Below are positions 36,363 through 46,855 of a stretch of DNA of 64,000 nt, in pieces (the stretch's first letter is position 1; every line of letters begins with the position of its first letter). The notes under the pieces were generated by a model. The model was not told the origin of the DNA. It ran no database searches and worked only from the letters and a program-made list of their open reading frames with translations. The DNA is from Lepidodermella squamata (lineage: Eukaryota; Animalia; Gastrotricha), in NCBI GenBank assembly GCA_047495785.1, contig JBLDXI010000036.1:620001-684000 (forward strand), in the 5' to 3' direction. The position numbers and the translations under genes are program-made.

Positions 36363-38911
36363 TCACTTTAAACGTGCAATGAATCGCCGAAACTTCACAA
36401 CAGCTTTATTCGAGAATAACACAAGGAGACTAGTCAGACCCGAAATGCTCAAGCAAGCGAGAGAACAAACGATCCGCTGGGTTACATGCGAATTCCCCGA
36501 CGCAACAACCATAAAAATCACCCCGATGACCAAGGGCAAATTGATGAGGGAGGCCATGCGAAAACGTTCGATTTCCGGCTCTTTGACTTTAGCAATGACT
36601 ATTGATAATGTAACGGTGACGGGTACTCGCGATCACGGGATCATGACCGACGACCCGACTTGTATTTAGGCAAAAACAATTCCCGACAAACTAAGAAACT
36701 AGGCGGTTTTATTAAGGCTAAGGCTAGGCTAATTCATGATCTCCAAAACGGAAGATGCTAATTTCATGTAAAATTGGGCTTTTTATAGCCAGTTCGTGAA
36801 ACAGGTGGAGCGCGCGCTGTCAAGCAGCACGCGCCGTACAGATGTGGCTTAAACAGTAAACAAGGCGGTGGCGTCACCGCCACAGATAATAGGACAGCTG
36901 CGCCTGCAGGAATTAGGTCGACCGCACCTAGCGCCATTAAAAATTTCAAATCCCTGACATCGCTTTCCCCGCATATTGCGATATAGGTATGGCGAAAGAT
37001 GTCACGTTCAGCAACATACTTACTCAGGACGATCTTAAAACGTGATTCCATTGGATATTTTACCAACCATGCAGCTAATAGCGATATACTAATGATAAGG
37101 ACGAGGATGGATGCAACATAGGCGAGCAAGAATTGCAACCGCGAGAAGCCGGTCTTCATCATCTTTCTTGCTTTAGCTAATGACGTTGTAAATGCCACGG
37201 CTCTCATTTTATTGAAACCTCGTCGCTTTGAAGTCACGTAAATTGCCAATTTTCGATAAAGAACCAAATGAACAATTTTTCCCCGATAACGAGGAAAATG
37301 AACTTGGAATTGCAAGCAACTGTTGAGTGAACATTTAGGGCGAACAGAATTGAAGCTGCGTTGAGTAGCATGCAAGCTAGGGTGAAAATGAGTCTAGAAA
37401 TTTCGAACTTCGAAATTGACGCCAGCACTTGGACGAGGGTTGCTACTCCACAGAAGACACATGTGAAAATGAGAAAAGCATCTGGGACATGCTGTCCATC
37501 AGTTTCCGTTCCAGGCCAATCAGCTGGGGCGTTCTTGGATTCAGTGTACCAAACGAAAGGGTCGAAACTGCGAACAACATAGCTTGAGACATCACTTACA
37601 TTTGTTTTGTTCTGTGGCAGAGTTATTTCGTAGCTAATCCATGCTCTATTCTGCTCTGTTATCCATTGGAAGATGTACTGAGGTTCCGAATCCTGTTCCA
37701 GCCTACTAGAATACTCGATGACGCCCTGCCTAAAGCCGATGAACCTGATGGAGGCTGCACTCTTATTCGCGGCTTCCATCACTACCTTCGGATTATTTCC
37801 GTAATCCTTTAGAGACATATTTTTCATGTTGAGAATCTTCTCAGTTCTCAGCCCCGTCTAGTGTGAGAATGGCTTGAAGGTACTGATCGTGGCGAAGGTA
37901 TCGCCTTCTGTAGCCGGACATGTTTCTCGCATCGGGAACGGCTTTATCAAGCATTTCGTCAAACTGCTTGGTGTCATAGCCCAGAGTGGTTATTCCTGTG
38001 TTTTCGACGCCAAAGCTCGACCAAATTGATCCGATGAAGACTGCGTAATTATACTGTTGTACGACAATGGATTTGGTACAGCCCGGAGCGATGACGTCAA
38101 ATCTGAAACTCGAGCTTATATTTCCAAAGGCATTACCAGCCATAACGAAGACATACCGTGGTCCAGTCAATCCGAAACGGAAGCATTTGCATAAAAACAC
38201 TAATGAACTCGGGAAATCTGAGATTTCATAAACTATCACCCTTGCACCTGAATCCTTCAATGCGAGCAAGAAATCATCATTCAAGTCGAAAGCAGCATCG
38301 TAATGCACTACTTCTATGCCATTTCTTATGGCCAGGTCGTAGAATTGGGATGCAACTTGAAAATTGACAATCGATATGCCGGCATTCGCAAGTATTGCAA
38401 TTTTTCGCCATCTACCGACCTTTTTGATGAAATTCAGCCTGGGCAGCGCCAGCGCCTCTCCAGACGGACGGATGCGATAAAAATTCGGAAATAAGACTCG
38501 ATTTTCTGTGAAATAGGGAGAGAGGCAAACTGGGGCAATGGCGACCAAATTTGAATGGTGCGCAATTTGTGCCAGAGATTTGCAACCGGCTGTGAAACCT
38601 CCTGCGAAAACAACTGGCGATTTTACTGAATTATTAGCTGATGGTTTTCTGTAGAATTCTATGACCCGGCGGGTTAGCAGAAAACTACCTGGTCCTTCGT
38701 CTTGGTTAACGGCGACCAACTCATAGCCGGGTAAAATGTCGTTCCGCTCGTTGACCATGTCGATCATCATCTTTTGAACATGAGGGCAAATGTCCCCGGC
38801 AGTATCAGAAATCTGAATTAGAGTGTTGCCAAAGAACATCTCCAGCCTGGTATTCTGCCCATGGACTGAATATAGCAGGCAGAATGCAAATTTGAAAAAT
38901 GAATATTTCAT
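36363..38911 (-). pseudogene. GABA-B-like GPCR copy 6, pseudogene
   Basis: 7-nt duplication (CTGAGAA) near 37840, 1-nt deletion near 37280, conserved Cys to Arg (LRHD), solo LTR inserted at the end of TM5. Confidence 0.9.
36609..36884 (-). mobile_element. Solo LTR (276 bp)
   Basis: TG...CA termini with a 13-bp imperfect inverted repeat, 5-bp TSD GATAA (36604-36608 / 36885-36889), minus-strand TATAAAA (~36787) followed by AATAAA (~36712). Confidence 0.85.
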
Positions 38912-41900
38912 TTCTAGGAAAATTAATTGCTGAGAATCGCAAGATAATTTTCGCAGATTTTCCGGCCACTCCGAGCCCAAGTAACTGCACAGCGCGAAAC
39001 CTAATCTCTGCCCCCGTTGTGTAGGATGGCGGTGACACATGTCCTGACATCTTAGGTTTTAAGATTCGTTAAATGTTTGCTCATGCTTCGAAGTCGCTAA
39101 TTAGTGACGGGCGGGTTATTTTTGCAGAAAAGGGTACACTATCACGTATACTACGTCAATTATGCAATTGCAAATGCTCGAAAAGATGGCCTAAAATATG
39201 CCCAAAGTGCAGCAAACTTGCAGCAAAGCCTTCATGAAATAGCGTTAGCGTCAATGAAAAGAATCATGTTATTTGTTCAAAAGTGAAAGTACTCGCAAAC
39301 AGTCTACAGCATCGTTTTTTTCATGGGGTCTGTTTGATCTAATTCAAACTCAATTCGAAGATGCACACAAAATGAAGCGTGATAACTATAACTGCCTTGT
39401 GTTCCTATAAACTGTAAAATCTATTGATGTTAGTGGTGTGTTATTTGGATTCCGTGGCCTGATTGATCCTTAGAATCCTCGAACTAGGGGTTATTTTCGG
39501 GCCCTGATTCGCTCCCCTCTGCGGTTTTTTTGAGGTTTTCCACTTTTCATTGCGAACTGGGATACCTAGAGCAACGATACCTAGAGGCCCAAGCCGAATG
39601 CGGCGCTGAACAATAGCAATGGTTACCTTTGTTCTCCGCCGTGCTTGGGCGGTGAAGCGTTATTCTTTCAAATTTGTTTATTTTACAGTAAACGCTGCAT
39701 ATGGGCATGTTTTAAAGAGGCCCGAGCGCAGAGCGAAAAATCAATGTTTCTCGTCAGCGTACGGGCCGGCCCGAACGCGTATGTGCAGAATTTGGACTCG
39801 GGTTATCTCTCAACGTAATTAGTGGAACTGACTGATTCGCGAACCGGAAAACATATTTTAATTTAGCTCTCTGTGATTTTCAACCTCCACGTGTAGCGGG
39901 GCAAACAGTTAGATTATAATTTTCATTACCACTGTCGGCCTGCGGCCTTTGACAGTTGACGGGGAACTCCGTGACTTCTTCAAGCACGTGGCACGTATGA
40001 CCTTGAACATGCACAACCTAAGACCTAAGTATAACGTTTTCGTGCACATCTTTGACTTGCTGGCCAGCTTTGCGCATAATCATGTAGCGTGTCATCCACG
40101 CGCGACGACGGCGTAATTCCAGGATGGAATTGAGAATTGATACTTCATTTGAGAGTCATTCGGTAACCGCCACCTACACCACTTGGCATTAGGCTCTCTA
40201 TCTCGCAGCTTATCGAGTTCGTTGTATCGTTGCTCAGGTGGGCTTCAATTCTAGCTACAAATCACGAATGTGCTAGTATTTGAACATTTACGTGTTACGT
40301 CACATTACGGTAAAAATAGCGCGAATGCGTAGCGTAATGGTTTTTACGAAAACGTAAGCGGGTCTGAAAATGTGCTATTACCGTTAGTCGCAGGTCCAAA
40401 GTTGCCACGTCGCACATGCAAAAATAGTATGGACGGTTCCCGTCTGCGCTACTCATTTTGCCCGACCCAGAGTAAACTTGAGTTTGCGAAACACGCAGCA
40501 TGTATAATGTATATGCACCATGTAATAGGCGAGCAGATCACGTCGCGAAAACGGTCTCGCGAGTCAGCATGTCAGCCCATGTTGTCGTCGATGTCGTGCG
40601 CACAACTGCACTTGGCATTGACTGGCATCCCGGCAGACAGCACATTTTTTACTGGCACGCCCTAATCCTCCTGTAAATGGGATTCATTTTTTACCCCCCC
40701 CCCCCCCCCCCTACTGTTTTTTTGCCGTCGGACCGACGTCACACGACAACGCCTTTTTTACTGGTACGCACACATCCTCCTGAAACAAGGACTCATTTTT
40801 TATTGCCTCCTCATATCCTCCTTGACGAACGACGAACGACGAACGAACGACGAACGAACGAAGGCGACCCGTGACAACGGGGAGTTCCCCGTCATAGGTG
40901 TTTTTTTGCAATAATACACGGTTCTCTCTCGGTAGTGAAGCACAGTGTTACTACCCATTATGCGGGTGACATCACCATTCATTTTGCTTCCACCTGGGGA
41001 AACCGCGAAATATACCAAAACAGCATTCAAAACAGCACAGACCCATAACACAAGGAAAACAACAAACTTGTGGTCACCAAGTCGGATTTCAGCTTTTTCA
41101 CGCTGAGGCGGAAGGACGAACTCACGCTTTTCGAAAATACGATGAACGGGCGGTACCTTGTGATATAAATTAACGACGGGATTCGAAACTCGTTCAGAAG
41201 ATAAGAAACATAATATTGTTATGTACTTTACACCATTGCTTCATGGCTTGAGAACGTGTAGAACGTGTTTTCGTCAAAAATTCGCCCAAGAAATATAATT
41301 TGAGACCTAAAAATTGAATTAGCCAGTCCGTTTGAAATGCTATTTCTGTTACTATCAGTTTTTAAATAATTTGCTAATTTGCTGAAAATAATGTGCGACT
41401 TTGCTATTTATAACCCACCAAACGTGAAAGTTATATTTTGATATCCATTTTGGTTGAGTAATTCATCCATTTGTCCAAGGCAAATCAATATTTCTTCGCG
41501 ATATTTTACCCCGATGTTTCTACCCACTGGGAACAATAATATTAAAGATTTTGCGGATTTTCTATTTATACGATTTCGATTTATACGTTGAAATTATATG
41601 GTTCTTGACATCGGTCGTTTATTTTGATGTTAAATTACCTCACGCACTTGAAGTGCCCTTAAAATTTCAACTTCTCATGAGTTCATCGAATTCGTCTGTG
41701 GCGGTGTTTAATCAGGGGATGGGACGCGACGCTAAATGACGACTTAGTACGTGACCGGGGCACGTTTCTTTGTGATGATTCGTCATCCGTCCACAATTAG
41801 CTGCCGCGTTTGCATAAAAATGCAACGACATAATACCGGCTGGTTTTCATTGCCCTGGCGTGATGTGGAGATCTCCAGAAAACAGACAAATCGTTAAATT

Positions 41901-42005
41901 AGGCTTCAAAACATTCAGTCACACGACAATCTCGTGCGTCTGTACAAACTTGTTAAATAAAAGCACAAAATCGCGTTTTGTATCTCAGAGTTTCTTACCA
42001 AAATA

Positions 42006-44279
42006 ATGAAACCAATCTTTCCTCAATTCGCGGCGCTTTTCGCCGTTTTTATCGCACAGTCAAATGCTGGACAAAATACAAAATTGGAGATGTTTTTCGG
42101 CACCACCGCAATACAGGTTCTCGATCCAGCTAGTGACATTTGCCCTCATGTTCAAAAGCTGATGATCGAAATGTTGAACAAACGGAGCGATATCTTGCCT
42201 GGCTATGAGTTGGTTGCCTTTAATCAGGATGAAGGACCGGGGAGTACTCTGCTAACCCAGCGAGTGATAGAATTCTACAGGAAACCGGCCAATAATTCTG
42301 TGAAATCACCCGTTGTATTCGCTGGAGGCTACACTGCGGGATGCAAATCTCTGGCGCAAATTGCCCATCATTCAAATTTAGTCGCTATTGCCCCAGTTTG
42401 TCTATCGCCCTCGTTCACCGCTAATAGGGGTTTGTTTCCAAACTTCTATCGCATCCGTGCGTCCGGAGAGGCGCTAGCCCTGCCTAGGCTGCATTTTATC
42501 AAAAACCTCGGTGATTGGCATAGAATAGCGATATTAGCAAATGCTGGTTCCACGATCGTAAACTATCAAGTTGCATCCTACTTCTACGAACTGGCCGTCA
42601 AAAATGGCGTAGAAGTTGTGCATTACGATGCAGCTTTCGATGTGAATGACGACTTGTTATCTGGATTGATACTCTCTGGCGCAAGGATTGTCGTTTATGA
42701 AATTTCCGATTCTACCAATGCTATGCTTTTTCTTTGCAAATGCTTCAGTTTCGGCTTGACTGGACCTCGGTACGTATTCATCATGGCCGGAAACTCCTTT
42801 GGGGATCTCAGTCTAAGACTCGATGTAATCGCTCCGGGATGTACCAAGGCAATTGTCTCGCAACAGTATAAATCAACAGTTTTCATTGGATCAATCTGGT
42901 CAAGCTTCGGAGTCGAAAACACGGGTAAAACCAGTCTCGGGTATGACTCGAGGCAGTTTGACGAAATGCTTGATAAAGCGGTTCCCGATGCCAAAAACAT
43001 GTCCGGCTACAGTAGGCGTTACATTTGCCACGATGCGTACCTTCAAGCTATCCTAACGCTAGACGGGGCTGAAAGGATCCTTAACTTGAACAACCTCACA
43101 CTCAGTGATTACGAGAAATATCCTCAGATAGTCATGGACGCCGCGAATAAAAGTGCGGCTGCTATCAAGTCTGTCGGCTTCAGGCATGGGTTTATCGAGT
43201 ATTCGAGTAGGCTGGAACAGGATTCAGAGCCTCAGTACATTTTCCAGTGGATACCTGAGGAAAATAGAGCACGGATCAACTACGAAATCACTCTGCAGCC
43301 CAGCAAATCAAATTCGAGCGCTATCTCTATTTCGATTCGCAATTTCGAACCTTTCGTCTGGTATACGGAGACTACGCAGCCCCCAGCTGATTGGCCGGGC
43401 GAGGAAATTGAGGTTATTCACGTCCCTGATGCTTTTCTCATTTTCGTTTGTATCTTCATCGGAATAGCGACCCTGACTCAAATGCTGGCTCTAATCTCGA
43501 AGTTGGATATCAATAGGGTTATTTTCACCCTGGCTTGTCTGTTACTGAACGCAGCTTCGATTCTGTTCGCCCTGAACGTTCATTCAGCTGTAGCTTGTAA
43601 CTTGAAATATATTTCCCTAGTCGTTGGAGCTACCGTCGTTCATTTGGTTCTCTATCGCAAACTGGCATTTTATGTTACTTCAAAGCGCCGAGCCACTATT
43701 TTAACCTACGATTTAAAAGCGATTGTCTTTCCTAAGGTCTCGTCAGATTCATCGAAACGTGTGAAGAAGAGGGGCAACTCTCGTTTGCAATTACTTTTCG
43801 CTAATGTTGCGCCCGGTATTGTGCTGATTCTCAGTTTATCGATATTAGCCGCGTGGCTGGTTAAAAATCCTATGGAATCACGTCTCAAAATTGTCTCAAG
43901 TGACTACATCGCGGAACGTGACATTTTACGGCATGTCTATGTCGAATTGTGTGAAGGCGGTGGCGTTGAGGATTTGAAATTCATGATGACGTTAGCGGCG
44001 GTCGACCTAATTCCTGCGAGCGCGGGTGTTCTCTTATCGATAGCTATTGCTAAAGTGGAAGAGCCGGAAATCAAGCGTTACCGCATGGCCTCGCTCATCA
44101 ATTTGCCATTGCTCATCGCGACGATTTTTATTATTTTAGCATCAAATAATTACTATGTAACACAACAAATCGTTGCTTCTATCGCTTGTATGAATATTTC
44201 AGTTCTGACTAGTGTTTTCGTACTATTTTCCGATAACACCGTTGTGATGGTCCGTCGACTGATTGCATTTATAAAGTGA
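42006..44279 (+). CDS. GABA-B-like class C GPCR, copy 7 (intact, intronless, 757 aa)
   Basis: Full-length paralog; AATAAA at ~44303. Confidence 0.92.
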   Translation: MKPIFPQFAALFAVFIAQSNAGQNTKLEMFFGTTAIQVLDPASDICPHVQKLMIEMLNKRSDILPGYELVAFNQDEGPGSTLLTQRVIEFYRKPANNSVKSPVVFAGGYTAGCKSLAQIAHHSNLVAIAPVCLSPSFTANRGLFPNFYRIRASGEALALPRLHFIKNLGDWHRIAILANAGSTIVNYQVASYFYELAVKNGVEVVHYDAAFDVNDDLLSGLILSGARIVVYEISDSTNAMLFLCKCFSFGLTGPRYVFIMAGNSFGDLSLRLDVIAPGCTKAIVSQQYKSTVFIGSIWSSFGVENTGKTSLGYDSRQFDEMLDKAVPDAKNMSGYSRRYICHDAYLQAILTLDGAERILNLNNLTLSDYEKYPQIVMDAANKSAAAIKSVGFRHGFIEYSSRLEQDSEPQYIFQWIPEENRARINYEITLQPSKSNSSAISISIRNFEPFVWYTETTQPPADWPGEEIEVIHVPDAFLIFVCIFIGIATLTQMLALISKLDINRVIFTLACLLLNAASILFALNVHSAVACNLKYISLVVGATVVHLVLYRKLAFYVTSKRRATILTYDLKAIVFPKVSSDSSKRVKKRGNSRLQLLFANVAPGIVLILSLSILAAWLVKNPMESRLKIVSSDYIAERDILRHVYVELCEGGGVEDLKFMMTLAAVDLIPASAGVLLSIAIAKVEEPEIKRYRMASLINLPLLIATIFIILASNNYYVTQQIVASIACMNISVLTSVFVLFSDNTVVMVRRLIAFIK

Positions 44280-44466
44280 AATGAGATTGAAATATTCTTC
44301 AAAATAAATCCTGGTCATTTGCTTGCTAACGATACCTTTGTTGTGTTTTGTTAGAAAAATGAAAATCACAAAATAAACAATGTTTTAATGTCCACTCCAT
44401 CGCCACATCCATGTCCTACGCATGTGACGTTTCAGTGAAGTTTTACATTTACAGGTCTATTTACTC

Positions 44467-44502
44467 CATAGAGAACGTAGTGATTCACTACGTTCTCTAA
44501 TG
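44467..44502. mobile_element. 36-bp minimal TIR-only element (hAT/P-like)
   Basis: CATAGAGAACGTAGTGA-T-TCACTACGTTCTCTAATG flanked by the 8-bp direct repeat ATTTACTC. Confidence 0.7.
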
Positions 44503-46855
44503 ATTTACTCTTAGTACCAATTCTTCACAAATCTTGTACTAATTTTCAGCCAAGTATGCATCTAAAGGAAATTATAAAGTCGAGGACGTAGCGAGGCTTC
44601 ACTGAACCTTTTCACAAAATTCTGAAAAGTTAGAAAGGGGCTGTTAGAAAAGGTTGATCAAAACCAGACAATTGATATTGAATGATAAGATATTGCAATC
44701 TCCTACGAAATTTGTTGTCATTAAACCCGTTTCAAATTATGATTCACACTCAATTCAAGAGGGAAGAGTCGTTTCAATCTCCCTCTTCCCCCATGCCCGA
44801 ATTAGAAAGTCCCAGAATGAACGTCCTCGCACTCAAAATACCCTCGGAGGGACACTTTCTAATGAGGTCCTATTTAGCTTAGTTAGCCGGTGTCTCTTAA
44901 TTCTAGGTGATCAATCACATGATGCCTAGTTAGCCTTGTTAGCCTACGCGACATCGTACAAATATGCAAGGACATAAATTTGGCTCATGCCCATACGCGA
45001 TGTCCGGATAACCTGGAAACTGCGAAATTGTTGGTTAATTGGCCTTAGAGTATCCGCTTACCCGCATATCAACGTCTTACGTCTTGAAGTGTGGGCGATG
45101 AAGGCGGAAATAACCTCAGCAGCGCAATTCAACGTCAATTCGACTGACGACCAAATCCATGCCTTCAAAACGCTCGAAGTGATGTTTTGGATAAAGCATA
45201 CAAGTCAGACGTAGCAAACTTTCATAATTTCCTTCCGAATGCCGACTCGATCTGATGGGCATCTGCTGCAATTCCACTAAGTTTGACGGTGAAAAACATG
45301 CAAACAAACGGGTGTGTAAAAACAGATTGTTTCTTTTTCCGAAGACTTTTTGACAACCTCTATCCGATATTACACCACGCAGGTTGCGAACTTGGATCCC
45401 GGAGTGAGGGTGCAATAGAAGAAAATGAAGAAACTCGACTTACTCTTCGGTATGAATAAATTACGCTATGAATTATGCTTTGCTGCGGTTCGAGTGTCGA
45501 GTTAACCCTTCCTCGTCTCAATTTCAACTCATTTTGAACTTGAAAACATGCTCAATATCCGGTATTTTGTACTATTTCTGCGTCTCTTTCTATTTATAAT
45601 TCGCTGAGTTTCCAAAAATACTTTGCTAATTTGACATCAACCGCATAAGCATGAGGGGAATCTAGGTTCAATTCCCAGACGATACGTGATGTTTTCTCAC
45701 AGCGAATTTCCGCCCGGTTGTTGTCAGTTTGTTGGTCTTTCCATTGTTGTTAGCCTAGTCTGATCAAAGAAATTTCGAGGAAACATTCCATTTTACAAGC
45801 ATAATATGATATCTCGGTTGCCCCCTGAAATACTATATACGGAAATATTTTGCCGGAAGGGAATAAAATCCCTTACGAGATTGACGGCGGGTAGGTAGAT
45901 GGTAGATGGGCAGTAAATCAGAGATAGAATTACCGCTAGGTGTGGTAAGGATCCTACCTGCCAATTCCATCGGTCCTTACTATGAGGTCATTTAAAGAAC
46001 AAAGGTGACCCTCATGTCCCACCTCGGCCAGGCCGGACAACAAAATGGGAATTTATCCCACTGTTTCTTTTATTTCAAGAGGTTTTAGAGCGGCTTTGAG
46101 TGGAAAATGTTCAACATGGCCTGAGTGAGCACTCAAACAAAGGGGGGCCCTTATGTCGATTTTTGTGATCCCTACAATCGAGATGGGCTACAATTCGCGA
46201 ATGGGCTAGCATTTGAAAATTTACCGTATTTTCTGCCTTCATGATATTTCCTAATTTAAAACTCTTGAAATTCACTTGAGCACAACTTTGACCCGACAAT
46301 TTTTAGCCAGAAATTTATGTGACCCTCATTTATATGGGTTATTTTTGGATTTCTTGCCAGGAACACAACCAATTACGGTGCCCCCCCCCCCCCTCGCATC
46401 CCCTGGTACTTCGCACAATGACGATGTCAAGACGCGATGTGATATGGTCTGAGTGAGCACTCTCTCATCTCGATGGATTCAACTTTTCGAATGATTGCAC
46501 TCAAAATGCTCTTGGAGGGACACTTTCTGGTTGCGTTGACCGTTGACCTGAAAGCTGCTGTCCCTTATTGGAATAGTTCCATCGGGGGAAGGACGTCGCG
46601 TGATGACGGACGAAGTACGTTATAGTGTACGGTTTTTTGTGAATCCGGCCAATTAACATTTGCAAAATAATATAAAATTGCAAAGACATATTTTGGCAGG
46701 ATTCTTATGCCCTGACGCGAAGTCCGACCCACCAGGGTGAGACAGTTAATTAATTAGACTTCTCGGTTTTGAGTTACGCGCATACCTGAGCTATGCAAGA
46801 GTGCTAAATAAAAGAGCAACGAAGTTTTTGAATTTTAGCATTTCTTAATAAAAAA

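Noticed and set aside
39700-41230. Possible Helentron/HINE-like element with (GACGAAC)n and poly-C
   Set aside because: Repeat-like, but boundaries and diagnostic termini could not be established.
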